Of a DNA stretch of 64,000 nt, positions 38,947 through 51,564 are shown one piece after another. This DNA is from Camelus ferus (taxonomy: Eukaryota). The notes beneath the pieces are model-generated. The model ran no database searches. It saw only the letters and a list, made by a program, of their open reading frames with translations, and was not told the origin of the DNA. The position numbers and the translations under genes are program-made. Each line of letters opens with the position of its first letter. The stretch's first letter is position 1. Location: assembly GCF_009834535.1 (NCBI RefSeq), contig NC_045697.1, positions 115,942,001 through 116,006,000 of the forward strand, in the 5' to 3' direction.

Positions 38947-39197
38947 AAGAATAAGGTCATATGTTTATTAGCTTTTCATGATTCCTCTTCTCTTGTTTAT
39001 TCCTGGTCCCTATTTCCTGACCGTTTTTTCTCTTGGGCAGTTTATCTTTTTCTTAATGGGTTTAGGAGTCGTTTATAACCTTTTACCAACTTTCTGTTTT
39101 ACGCACTGGAAGTAACTTTTCGCAGGATGTGGCGTGACTTTCACTTTCTTACTAGCGATTTTTGATGAAAAAATTTTTTTTGTTGTTTTAATGTATT

Positions 39198-39198
39198 C

Positions 39199-39229
<31 letters not shown>

Positions 39230-39301
39230 AGCAAAGCGAGGATTTATTAAGCGACAGAGTACACTCTCAGAAGGGAAAGCAGGGAGGCTCGGGTGAGCAG
39301 C
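39198..39301 (-). mobile_element. Short polyadenylated retrocopy with LTR-like sequence
   Basis: ~24-nt T run, AATAAA on minus (39243-39248), imperfect flanking duplication starting tgtttta. Confidence 0.55.
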
Positions 39302-39980
39302 TGTTTTATTTATCAATTTGAGAGAGGGCGTGTCCGTTTCATTAGAGTGTTTTTTTTTAATTTTTCCATCTCCTGACGACAGTCTCTATTTTCTTTTAAT
39401 TTTTAAAGTTCTGTTTTTCATGTTTATTTTTAACCCACATGAAATTTATATTTGTGTATGGTGTGAGATAGAAAGCTAATTTGTTTTCGATACAGATAAA
39501 AGTTACCTTCAGACCAGTCTTCAATAATCCACAAATATGAGATCCCACCTTCTCGTCTATTGGGTCCCACACAACGCCCAGCCCTGCTCTGTAAGTCTGC
39601 AGATTTGTACCAAATCATTACACTTTGTTCTTCTGCTTCTGCAGCTTTGTTTTGGCTACTTTTAGCCTATAGAGCATCTATAGAAATATTACAATAAGCT
39701 TGCTGGGTGCAATGAAAACTTTAAATTTGATTTATGGATTAGTGTGGGAAGTCTCAGTCTCCCAGTGACATAGAGTCTTTCCATCCATGGACAGGATATA
39801 CTTTCCGTTACTCAGGATTTCTTTAAAATATTTTAGCAAAGTTGTATAATTTTCCCTGCGCACTTTTAAATGTTATATGTATTCCTAGATGCTATATTTT
39901 CTATTTTACATACCATACAACGTTAACATTACATTTTTTGATTTTGTTGCTAGTTTATAGGAATTTTATTTTTTTACAAC

Positions 39981-40080
39981 TTGTGTGTGTGTATGTGTTT
40001 TTAATGGCGGTCCCAGGGGTTGAACCCAGGACCTTATGCATGCTAAGCACATGGTGTACCACTGAGCTGTACCCTCCCCA
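39981..40080 (-). mobile_element. tRNA-Ala-derived SINE
   Basis: Reverse-complemented head; flanking tacaac repeats. Confidence 0.9.
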
Positions 40081-40084
40081 ACTA

Positions 40085-41910
40085 CAACATTTTTATGGTA
40101 CAATTTCCATGTAAGAAACTGTCCAAATTTTAAATGTACAATGTAATGTGTTCTGACAGAGGTCTATAACCAAAAGCAATCAAGATGAGAAGGATTCCAT
40201 CACCCCCAGAGTTCTCCCTGTGTCTGTTTGCAGTGTCTCCCTCTCCATCCATGTTGTCAATCACGCAGCCACTGGTCCACTTTTTGGTCCCTATGGATTA
40301 TTCTGCTTTTGTGGAATTGTCTATAAATGAAATCATGTGGTATGGACTTTTACAAAAGTTTCTCTCATTCAGCATCTTTACCTTGAGATTCATCCATACT
40401 GTTACACATCAGCAATTTCACTCTCCGTGATATAAATGCAACACATTTTGTTTATACATTCACTTGCATTTGGATTGTCTCCAGTTTACGGCTCTTACAA
40501 ATAGAGCTTTTGGAAGCATTTACGTATGAGACTTTGCATGAATATATATTTTCCTTTTCTTGGGTACCCTCTCAAGGGTAACAGCAGGGTTACATGACAG
40601 GTGTATGTTTCGCTATTTAAGAATTGCCAAATGTTTTCCCAAAGTGATTGTATGAGTTTACACTCTACCCACAGTGTCAGAGCCCCGGTTGCTCCTTGGT
40701 AGCTGGTCATTTTAATTCTAGCCATTTTAATGGGCACATGGTGCTTTGTGTTGGGGTTTTAATTTGCACTTCCATGATCACCAGTGATGTTAAGGATCAT
40801 TTCACATGCTTACTGGCCATTTACATGTCTTTTTTAAAAAAGGTCTGTTCAAGCCTTTTCACGTTTTTATTGAGTTTTTTATTTCTCCTCTTCTCCTGAG
40901 TTGTACAAATTCTTTACACATGCCATCTGAATACATGTTACAGACATTTTCTCCCAGTCTGTGGCTTGCCTTTCATTTTTCTTAACAGTGTCTTCCAAAA
41001 AGCCAAAGTTTCTAATTTTGATGAAGTCCTGTTTTTTCTCTTAGAATTGTGCTTTTTTGTATCCTAAGAAATGTTTGCCCAAGCCCCAGCCACAGAGACT
41101 TTATCCTGTTTTTTGGTGTTTTTTTTTTCCTAGAAATCTTACAGTTTTAGCTTTAACATTTAAGTCTATGATCTTTTCCAAATTAACTTTTCATGAGGTA
41201 TGAGGTAGGAATCAAGGTATATATTTTTTTCCATATGAAATCAGCACCATTTGTTGGGAAGAATTCCCCTTTCCCATTAAATGGCCTCAGCAACTTTGTT
41301 ACACACACAAAAATTCTCTGTATGTGTGTAGATTTACTTTTGTATTGCTAATTTATTCCATTGACTTCTAGGGCTATTATGTTTACCTGTACCAAACTGG
41401 CTTGATTACTATTATTTTTAGAATAAGTCTCAAGATAAAATAGTTTATTAATTAATTTTTTTAGCAGAGGTACCAGGGATTGAACCCAGAACCTTGTGCA
41501 TGCTAAGCACATGCTCGACCACAGAGTTATACCCTCCCGCTCCCCAAAATCATTTACATTTTCCTTCTTAATTTTTCAGTATTAAAGTTCTGTTCTGATC
41601 TTTATGATTTCTTTCCTCCTACTAACTTTGGGGTTTGTATGTTCTTCTTTTTCTGGTTCCTTTAGGTGTGAGGTTGGGTTGTCTGAGGTTTTTCTTGTGC
41701 CCTGGGGTAGCTTTGCGTTGCCATAAGCTTCCTTCTTAGGTCAGCTTATGCTGTATCTCAGGGATTTTGAATCATTGTGTTTCCAATTTTATTCGTCTCC
41801 GGGTATATTCTGATATCTTCTTTGATTTCTTCAGTGTATGCCACTATGTTTGAAGTGAGTTTCTCATAGACAGTATATAGGGGAGTTGTATTTTTTGTTC
41901 ACTCCGCAAA
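40085..41910 (-). mobile_element. Old L1M fragments (3' end and ORF2)
   Basis: T-rich L1 antisense motifs ('gttttaatttgcacttccatgat', 'ttttctcccagtctgtggcttgcc', 'ctttcctcctactaactttggg'). Confidence 0.8.
41450..41545 (-). mobile_element. tRNA-Ala-derived SINE
   Basis: 'gattgaacccagaaccttgtgcatgctaagcacatgctc'. Confidence 0.9.
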
Positions 41911-42814
41911 TGTCTGCTGCCTTGAGCAGGGCCTAGCCATGTCTTGTGACATGGAGCATCCTTCAATGAGACAGACACGTTCTTTGGTGTCTTGGGAAGG
42001 GTTGGGATATATAAAAATGTCCTTGCCTATTGTTATGTTAAAGCTTTAGCTTGCTCGGCCCAAGGACTGGACTCAGTACCCCTCCATGGAGGGGCTAAAA
42101 TGATGCTGTGCGACAACAGATCCGCGTGCAACAGCAGAGCCGTGCCAGCTGCTGGCAAAGGTGTCTCTCCTAACTATGCTTAAGAAACTGGCCTCAGCCA
42201 GCCTTTCTGCCTTATTGACTCGTTTGATGCCAACCCCCACCCCAGGATGAGGATATCCTTTTATCCCAACAGTACCCCAAATCCCAGGCCCCACCGTAGG
42301 GAACTCCTTCTTCTCTAGTCCATCATGAGATCAGGAAAAACCTACCCTTGGTCCAGAGGCATGTCCTCTTCTATTTAAGCCCACGGGACTTACAGTGTTC
42401 AGTACCTGCCTAGTGGGGGACCCAGGTTGACCTCCTTCCCTAAGCACCTTGTACCCCAGGAGTCAGTTCCCATGACCCAGATTCATGCAAATTGTGACCC
42501 TACAGCTTGGCCAGGCTGATGGAGAGCGGGGGAGACGGTGAGAAACGGAGGGTGTGGTCAAAGCGACATGGAGACCTTTCAGATCCTGGTCCCAACCACG
42601 GAAGGCCATGCAGGACTGCATTGCCCAGGAACTGTCCTGCTGGCGGGGGCGGGCCGCATGCTAATTCCCTGGTCATCTCCAAGACCCAAACTGCATCTCT
42701 GCTTGTAGGGACTTGGTTGGAGGATTTTGGAACATATCAAGGAAAAGACATGACCCTGAGGTGGCCATAGCGCACACAGGTTTCTTTGGGTGACTTTGAC
42801 AGGGAAGGCAGAGG

Positions 42815-43190
42815 GGCAAGAAAGGGGTAGGGAATTAAGAGGTACACTCTACTATGTATGAAACAAATAAGCTTCAAGGGGAAGGTATAGCTCAGTGGTA
42901 GGGCGTGTGCCTAGCATGCATGAGGTCCTGGGTTCAATCCCCAGTCGGCCCATTAAATACCTAAATAAACCTAATTACCCCCCTCAAAAAAGATAAATAA
43001 ATAAATAAGCTGCAGTGATATATTGGACAGCATGGGGAATATAGCCAATATTTCATAATAACTATCAATGGAGTATAATAGTTTATAATAACTCTCAATG
43101 GAGTATAATCTATAAAAATTTTGAATCACTATATTGTACACCTGAAACCCATATAACATTATAAATCAACTAGACCTCAATAAAAATAAA
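42815..43190 (+). mobile_element. L1 3'UTR interrupted by a SINE
   Basis: 'ggatt...aagaggtaca...cagcatggggaatatagccaata...gaatcactatattgtacacctgaaa' plus tail. Confidence 0.8.
42878..43002 (+). mobile_element. tRNA-Ala-derived SINE
   Basis: TSD aaataagct at 42865-42873 and 43003-43011. Confidence 0.9.
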
Positions 43191-44479
43191 CAGAAATTCA
43201 GTGGAGAATCACATGCAGAAAATCCTCTGAGTTTCAGAGAGATGGTCAAATAGAAAATATTTTTTACTCCCTTAGAAATATTTGACAGAAGAAATAAAGA
43301 GTGCAGTTATGTTTAATGTAGGAAGTCATAGTATTCATGAGCAATCCACACCGGCAGCTAGCCTAGAGAAAGCAGTGTGAGTACTGGGTCCCAGCCTTCA
43401 GCCTTGACTTTTTTCAGTGTTGTTGAAAGGTCCATTAAAGGACCAAAAGTGAAGCATTAAAAAGTAAGGTCTTGCCTAGACAACCCCTAGCACCCCAAGG
43501 ATTAAGTCTCTTTTCGGAAAGTACCTGGTTCACAGTCTTCGAGGATGGCAGATCTAGAGCAAGTCCCTCTCAGAAGACAGGTCCACCAGAGAAAAAGGCT
43601 CATGGGAAATCAGACCTTGGTACCTTTCTCAGAGCCCCTTCCAAGTGCATCCTCCTTATCAGAGATGATGACGCTGGACAATGGGTCTTGCCCATTGGAT
43701 GGTGGGATGAGGCATAGGAGGACCACGGTTGGTGACTTTCAGAGGCAGAATTTCCTGGTCCTGACATTGGACACCTGTCTAACCCACCCAAGGCTGACTG
43801 CTCACAGACTGGGTCTTTGGAACACACGGACTAACGCAGGTGAAAGCATTTTGTACATGATAAATCAGTGGACCAGTGTGAGCCCCATTTTATTGTCATT
43901 TACCATGTGAACAGTCATTTCTGGGGCTCCCAGAGACTAATCTGGCTCTTTCAAAGGCTCTTCTCCTCAGCCTCCTACAAGATCCTCGCTTCTGCCTTCG
44001 CCACATGCAACCCAGGCTCCTGAGTTCCTCGTTTGGAGAACTTGCCAGAAAGAAGCTGAGGTTGGCCCGGACCTCATTTCTCTTTGGAAGAGGTGATTCA
44101 TCTTTCCCTTTTCTTTCTTAATCTCTTTCTAACACAGCTCACGTAACCTGAGGCTGACGTGATTTGAGGAAACCCCTCAGGGAAGAGAATATGAAAGAAA
44201 GCCTCAGGGTGAGTGAGAGAGTGAAGGCTGTCATGTAAAAAGTGTGGGGAACTTGACCCCCGGTTTGCCAGGCCTTTCTGTCCCCATGCTGACCCTGGCA
44301 GTGGCTTGTACCTCCCACCTCCCACAGCTCCCCAGGCAAGCTTCCTGACCAAACTTTTCTACCGGTCACAGCCAGATGCTTGATGTGTGGTATGCAGTGC
44401 AGTGCTTACGGGAGGCGACCTGCCCCTCCGGGGTCCTGGAAGATCTGCCACTCCCTTGGTGTCCTCCCCTCTGGGATCT

Positions 44480-45400
44480 ATATCTCCTCTGTTTTCTCTA
44501 ACTCTACTCCTGGCCATCATACCAGACCCTCCAGATGACCAGCTGGCAGCCCTGCAGTGTGAGCGCTCTGCCCCTGCCTGTCTGTGTGAGCCCTTGGGGT
44601 AACTTCCAGAGACTCAACTTGTCCCCTTGGACCCCCCTTGTCTTTCTGTTTCTGTTTTTCTTTATTTCGTGTGTGTGTGTGTATTGGGGCAGGAGGGAGG
44701 TCATTAGGTCTATTTTTAACGGAGGTACTGGGGATTGAACCCAGGACCTTGCACATGCTAAGCATGCGCTCTACCGCTCAGCTACACCCTCCCCTCGTTT
44801 CCCTTTTTCTCATAGTAGCCTGCCACCACCTCAAGTCGCATTCCGTTACCACTCCTTTAAGTACCATCGATGGTCTTCTCTCAGCCACCAGAGGCCCCTC
44901 TACCATCACCCCCACATTTTCATCCTTCTGACGGCTCTCACCACCTATGTCCTCAGATCCCCCCTTGCCACTGGGCCCTTCGATTCTTTCACTTCTCTTT
45001 TTTCACCCCACCACTGGTTTTCTCAACTGTATCTGGAGAATCCTCCCTGTTACTTCCCCACTCTCACCCTTTCACTGGGTTTCTCTGTCACCAGAGCCCC
45101 TTCTGCCTCTGCATCCCACATCCCTAGTAAACCATCTCTCATGCCCACTGCTAGCCTTTTCCCGCCTTCCCCAGAGCACATACAACCTGGGTCTTTTCAT
45201 CCAGCCAGACCCTATTTCGTCCCTAGACCCTACCCACTGCCCTGATGCCACCCAATCTCAAGATAATTTCCCAAGAAACGTGACACACTCTGTGGGTCCC
45301 CCTGACTCACTTCCCAGTCATCTCCCTCCAAGAACCCGCTTCACCTCCACCAGATCCCACTTGAACTCTGGAGTTAAAGACTCAGTATGACTTAATGCCA
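44480..45400 (+). mobile_element. Probable ancient L2 relic
   Basis: Strongly C/T-rich plus strand; 'LLLAIIPDPP' echoes the APE 'IYRPP' motif. Confidence 0.35.
44640..44794 (-). mobile_element. tRNA-Ala-derived SINE
   Basis: 'ggaggtactggggattgaacccaggaccttgcacatgctaagcatgcgctctacc'. Confidence 0.92.
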
Positions 45401-45849
45401 CCTTTATTGACACTGTCCCCACAGAGTTGGTGTTCAGACAGCCCCTGTGGACTGGCCTCTTCGGTCCCAGCAATGTCAGCCGTTGGCTGGTCAGTCCTGT
45501 GCGTTTCAACTACCCACTGGCAGCAGATGTCTGCGGAGGATTTGCTCCTCCCCACCTCCCATACTGAATTCCAACAGAAGCATCACACTCTCCGCTCACC
45601 AGTGGTCTGTCTCTAGGGAGGGTCTGCAACCAGGCATGTGCAAGCCGGTAGCCTTCCTTCCCTCAGTCCTGAGCTCCAAGTACTCCTGGGAAGAGCATCA
45701 CAAATAGGCTGGATTTCCAGACATGTGAGGAGAAAGAAAAAGGGGGTCACTTCCAGAAGAACTGTGGTCAGGCTAACAAGGAAATTCTGGGGAAACCAAA
45801 CATCACTTGCTGATGTTTGAGACACCATCCAGAAAATTAGCTATAGTTC

Positions 45850-47400
45850 TTTTTTTTTCCCCTGCTTTTTCCCCCTTTAACCTTTACTATGCAATAAAGT
45901 GTTTTTGTGTACTTTTGCATTTTTGTTTCACGTAGAAGAACTCGTTTCAACATTTTTTCTAAGGCAGGTCTAGTGCTGATGAACTCCATCACTTTTGGTT
46001 TGGGAAAGTCTTTATTTCTCCTTCATATCTGAATGGTAACTTCGCTGGATGGAGCATTCATGGCTGACAGTTTTTACCTTTCAGTATTTTGAGACTGACA
46101 GGCGCGACCAACTTCCGTTTTGATCCAGGATCCTGTCTGCGATCTGCCGGATTTCAGGACAAGCCCAGCCTACCGCAAGTAACAACTTCGCCTTCTGCAA
46201 AACCCACCAATCAGCATCTACCCTTCAGCATACCTCATCTGCGTAACAACTGCCGCCCCCCCTGCACCTGAGTGAGAACTATCGGCCGGAAAGCTCATCC
46301 CCGCCCCTCTCTCTTTCAGACACGCCCCTTTCACTTTCAGCATACCCACCAATCAAAACTTACCTCTCAGTGCCCCCTTATTTGCATAAGAACCCACCAA
46401 TCAGCTCCCACCCATGGGGATAAATAACCAAGCCTGTGCACAGAAAAGTGGGTTCCAGTCCGTCTGGTGATTGAGTTTGTTGGTTTCCAAAAATTGCTCT
46501 GACTCTGCCGTTCAGCTGTCTCTCTCTGTCCTTTCTGTCCCACTGTAACAGAGACTGTCATTCCACTTCCTCCTGGACTGTAAGGTTTCTGAGAAATCTG
46601 CTCATAGCCTAATAGGGGGTTCCTTCATTTTTTTCCCCCTGAATGGCTTTAAAACTCTTTCTTTGTCATCAACTTTTGACAATTTTAGTACAGTGTGTCT
46701 TGGAGAAGGTCTTTTTGCATTGAGGTAACAAGGTGTCCTCTTAGCTTCATGGACTTGTATATCTGGTTCCTTCCTCAGCTTTGGGAAGTTCTCAGCTCTT
46801 ATTTTTTGTGTATAGACGTCTCCTTTCTGCCTCTCTTCTTTTTCTGGGGTATCCATTACCTCAGTGTTGCTCTTCCTAAAAGAGTCAAATAGCTCTTGTA
46901 AAATTGCTTTTTTTTTTTTTTTTGTATCTTATTTTTCTTTCCTCTTCTTCTTGTATAATTTCTAGATTTCTTCTTTCAACACTTTCTAATGCATCCTTCG
47001 TATCATTCATTGAGTTATTTACAACAGAATTTCTGTAGGGTTCTTTTTAGAGTTTCAGTGTCCTTGGTAAAGTGTTCGTTCCGTTCATAAATTTTATCTC
47101 TGACCTCTCTGAACTGCCTTGCTGGGTTGTCTTGGAGTTCATTGAGTTTCCTCACAACAGCTATTTTGACAATTCTCTATTAGTGAGAGCACAAAATCCC
47201 ACGACTTTGAGTTTGGTTCCTGGAGGGCTGTCATGTTTATTTTTGTGGGACGTTGTTACTGTGGTTCTTCCTGGTGCGTGATAAGTCAGTTACTTGTCTG
47301 CCAGTGCATTCGAAGCACCTTTATGTTTGGTTCTGAGGATTCAACAGGTTGGAAATTAGAGACCTTGCTTTGGTTTTCCGGTAGGTGGCACCACAGCACA
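45850..47400 (-). mobile_element. Old L1/HAL1 ORF1 region, split by an LTR
   Basis: ORF 46602-46856 'AENFPKLRKEPDIQVHEAKRTP...PRH...KERVLK...PIRL' is L1 ORF1. Confidence 0.85.
46096..46550 (+). mobile_element. Well-preserved solo LTR with 5-bp TSD (ERVL/class III-like)
   Basis: TG...CA; TSD gagac at 46091-46095 and 46551-46555; CpGs retained. Confidence 0.85.
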
Positions 47401-47692
47401 AGTTTTGGGGTTCTCATCCCGGCTTGAGAGCTGGAATTTTCCTTCCTCCCCTGCCTCTGGCACTGGCGTTCCCTGAGGCCCTTGTTGTTACAACTTGTGC
47501 CTCTAGGTTTGTTGGTGTCTTGCTGCTGCCAGTGTCCCTGGCGTCACGGAGGCCGCCTGCTGCACCGGGATGCTGGGCTCCTCCCTCACCTGGGAGACCC
47601 CCTGAGTGGAGGGCTCTGCTGCTGTTGGGGGGAGGGGGCTGTGGGGGAGGAGCAGAGTCACAATGGTCCCTCTGCCTTGCCTCATTCACCTG

Positions 47693-47820
47693 CAAAAAAA
47701 AAAAAAATTTTTTTTTTTTTTGGTTTATTGATTTATTTATTGAATGGAAGTACTGGGATTGAACCCAGGACTTCATGCATGCTAAGCACGTGCTCTACCA
47801 CTGAGCTACACCCTCCCCTC
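47693..47820 (-). mobile_element. tRNA-Ala-derived SINE
   Basis: Reverse-complemented head; flanking tcacctg at 47686 and 47822. Confidence 0.9.
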
Positions 47821-48151
47821 CTCACCTGGATAATTCATAATGATCCCTCCTGACCTGGCTGTCATCACCTCTTACAGGAGACCTACTCTGAAGTCTCTGG
47901 TTGGGATAAAGTCTCCTTTCTGCACCAGATAGTGCTTATCTCTGTCTTTTCACTTTAAACATACTTTTAAATACTTTAAACACCCTTGCTTTATATACTT
48001 TCTTACAACTTCACTATCTAGTCTCTGCCTATGTCTTCATCACCTGTCTGTACTCCTCTTGACCTGGCTTGTTTCATCATATATTTGAGGACTTGCTAGA
48101 TTCTATCATAAGCTCAAATTGGGTTGAACTTTAAATTTGGGAATCCCAAAT

Positions 48152-49450
48152 TGTGGCTGAAATTCGGCCTCTGTACCCTACTCAGTACCAAACTGAGACT
48201 TGGGGACAGAATTTTGGATGATGTAGAAAAGGCAGCTTTATTTCTTTGCAGGCAAAGGAGGTCACAGTGGGCTGATGCATCCAAGACTGTGAGCCTGCCG
48301 GGGAGTAAAGGCAGGGGGCTTCACACTGAAAGTTCGAGAGTTTAAGGGGCAGAGCTGGTTTCCACAGAGATCACACACAGGGTAACAAATTGTTGCAAAG
48401 TTGTTCTTGTTTTTCGCAGATGCAGCGTCCCCTTCCCCCTGCTGGGTGTGAAGCTCACCTCTGGCTCTGGGACTCTTCTAATATTCTTGTGCCTAGAACA
48501 GAGGTGCTTAGGAAAGGGGTCCGTGAAAAAGTGCCCTAGAAAAAAACTTGCGCAGTTTAAAGTCAAGTTAGTATATGCTTCTCGCCTTTTAGTCAGGCTG
48601 AGGCCTGGGGCCTCTTGCTGCAGGGTCTGCCCAGGCTGGGACAACAGAATACAAAGAAACCATGAGGGGCTAAAAATAACTGCAGACATGCACAGTTGGG
48701 GCCGCGAGCTATGAATAAGATGCACAAAACACCTGGCTGCTGTCTCTGAAGTGTTGGTGGGGATGGACAGATCCCTCGAGTTCCCTGCTCCTTTCCTGCC
48801 CAATCCTGGTCAGCAAAAGCATAAGGAAAACCCTTTAAATTACTATACAGTGAAGCAGTTACAAATACCATATGGTCACCGATGAAAAACTACCTTAAGT
48901 GCCTGGATTTCTGCCAAGTGCTGGAGAGCATTACCCACTAGGAGTGCCACTTCGACTGAATATCTGCCCATGGGCTTTCCCCATGTGGGAGCACGCTGAA
49001 ATTCTAACCCCAGGACCACAGGAGAGTAACACTGTGGTGCAAAACATTAGGAAGTATTATTGGTGCGATGAATTTTCTAAAAAATCCAGTATCAGCAGAT
49101 CAGACTGGTTTTCTTGCTGGTTTCCTTTGCTGGCATGCAGACTTTTCTAAATTCATCTTTTCAACTGAAGACCTGGCTTAACATGAGAGGGTCCCAGGTT
49201 CAACTCACCCACTTTGTCAGGCTGAAATTCTGCTCCTCAGGGGGGCTTGTAACCAGCCAAGCCCCAGGTCTCTGACTGGAGACCTCGCTCAGGTGAGCCT
49301 GGGCCACTAGGCTGTCTGCGACACTGGTTTCAGCCGTATGTTTCATTGAAGGAGTGTGGTTTTTGTTGTTATATGTCTGCCTAGTTGTCCATGAAGGACT
49401 TCCCTTACGCATAAGCTCAGCAGTGTTTACAAGGATGTTTATCCTCACTT
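48152..49450 (-). mobile_element. ERV LTR plus probable internal remnant
   Basis: Left end 'tgtggctgaaattcggc', AATAAA on minus (~48237), PPT-like aaaaggcgagaa on minus (~48579-48590); right boundary uncertain. Confidence 0.5.
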
Positions 49451-49694
49451 ATTTAGCATTTGGCTTTTGACATGGAAGTGCATTCCTGCTAAAGTGCTCG
49501 AAATGGAACATCAAGGGTTTATTTTTAATTTATGTTCTCTCTCAGGATTATTTGTAGATTTTACAAATTATCTTCTGCCACACACTTGGGGTTTTTTTCC
49601 TTGGCTAATTTTTAAGTTAATTTTTTTAGCAGAGTTAAGTCATGCAGACTGTACTGAAAGTCATAGAGCAAAAAAATGATTTGTCCTCCAGGTT

Positions 49695-49982
49695 CTTTTT
49701 TTAATATATTTTTATTGAAGTATAGTCAGTTTACAATGTTGTGTCAATTTCTGGCATACAGCACGATGCTTCAGTCATATAGGAACATACATGTATTCAT
49801 TTTCATATTCTTTTTCACCATAAGTTACAACAGATACTGAATATGGTTCCCTGTGCTATACAGTGTAAACTTGTTATTTGTCTATTTTGTATTTATCTGT
49901 TAGTATCTGCAAATCTCGAGTTCCCAATTTATCCCTTCCCACCCTCTTCCTCCTCTAATAACCATAAGTTTGTTTTCTACGG
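49695..49982 (-). mobile_element. L1 3'UTR
   Basis: 'ttttattgaagtatagtcagtttacaatgttgtgtcaatttctgg'. Confidence 0.92.
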
Positions 49983-50299
49983 AAGCAGACATAAATTTAT
50001 GTCCTCCACTTTCTGTTGTCCTCAACTCCTGCCTCCCAGAGCAACCACTTTTAAATCTTTTTTTAAAAAAAATCTTAAAAGCTACTAATTGGATTATTTA
50101 ACTCCTTCTTAAAAAATGTTATTTTTATCAACATCCCTTGATTCATTAATTTTGCACATTACACTGACCACTTACAATGGAAGATGAGGTTTGCATCCTG
50201 CACCTTCCTGTAAAGCTGTATCATAATTTTGAGTTAAATCAGTATTTAGTATCCACCTTACTTACTGTAACTTTAAATATAGTCCCTGTTGTGTGAAGT

Positions 50300-50870
50300 A
50301 GTGTCCTCCAACTGTATTTCCTTTGTGTGCAGATTTTGTTTTTCCTGGAGTCCATCATTTCCTCACTTTTTAAAAATTTACTCCATTTCCCATAAACATT
50401 TTCTCTCAGACCTATTTATTCCATGGTCCAAATTATCAAAATACCATCTGCATTTTTTTATCCTGCAGACCTCCGTCCTAGAATCATCAGTCTTTTTACT
50501 CTAATGTGGGGTGGTCGTTTCCAGACTTCCTGTCCAGCTGTTCCCAGGATTTTTCATTTGCTGCTCCCCTGGAGGGAAACCCCATTTCCTGGGTGTTGTG
50601 CCATTTCTTTTGCTTATTTTTTTTTCCCACAGTTTTGATGGGAACACATCCTCCCGCCATTTCTGCAGAAAGCGCCCACAGGAAGTAAAATTTTTGCATG
50701 TCTGAAAATGTTTGTATCCCACCATCGCACTTGACAGATGGTTTCCCAGGACAGGGACTCCTGGGTTGGAAGTCATTTCGCAATTGTACCCACATCATTT
50801 GTTAAAGAGACCATGCTTCCCCCGCAGAATAGACTTTGCACCCTTGCTGAAAATTTCACATACTTTCTTA
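50300..50870 (-). mobile_element. Old L1/HAL1 ORF1-end remnant
   Basis: ORF 50496-50798 'LRNDFQPR...KPSVKCDGGIQTFSDMQ' resembles the ORF1 C-terminal domain. Confidence 0.55.
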
Positions 50871-51416
50871 AAGTGTCAATATTTTCCTTCCTCTTATGTG
50901 ACACTGTTAGCAAGCTCCCTGCCTCCTATTTTCATGTCTTCTATAAAATAGATGTCTGGACCATGAAATGCCCTGTATTGATTATGAGTAGTGTTTTGAA
51001 TTTGGACAATTTGAATTCAAAATCTGACTTTACACCTGCCATCACGTGCATAACACACACCCCCACAAGCAATGACACCCACCAGCAATGAGCACACAAA
51101 CTTGTTCATGAACACAGTCATGAGTCCATGAAAACTCACAGATGCACAAGTGAGCATATTTACAGATGTGAAAGCTACATACACACACACACACACAAAG
51201 ACCCACACGGATCTATTTACACACAGAGATGGACAGACATGCTCACAGCCAAAGGCTTTCAGGCAGACAGTCTCAGACACTGTCACACCTGTGACCCCAC
51301 ACGGGGTTGGAATCATCATTTACATGTTACTGAAGTGGACAGAGGCTGAGAGAATCCAAGTGCTTTACTCACAGTCACATCTCAACTAATGGCAGAGCCA
51401 AGATGAGGCTCTAAGG

Positions 51417-51564
51417 GATGGGTGGGGTCTAGCTCAAGGGTAGAGTTCCTGCCTAGCATGTATGAGGTCCTGGCTTCAATCCCCAGTGCCTCTATTAAAA
51501 TAAACAAACCTAATTATCTCCCCTTTAGAAAAATAAATTTAAAAATTAATTGATTTTTTTAAAA
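51417..51564 (+). mobile_element. tRNA-Ala-derived SINE
   Basis: TSD aagatgaggctctaagg 51400-51416 / aagattaggctctaagg 51565-51581. Confidence 0.92.

Larger units (their letters stand above)
38130..39960 (-). mobile_element. Very old L1M fragment(s)
   Basis: T-rich degenerate ORF2/3' sequence (e.g. 'atttgtgtatggtgtgagatag', 'agtctttccatccatggacagga'). Confidence 0.6.

Noticed and set aside
42079..42094. Perfect 16-bp palindrome cccctccatggagggg
   Set aside because: About one is expected by chance in 64 kb (64000/4^8).
43545..43910. 121-aa ATG ORF in unique sequence
   Set aside because: No recognisable domain or convincing gene structure; length is within chance range.
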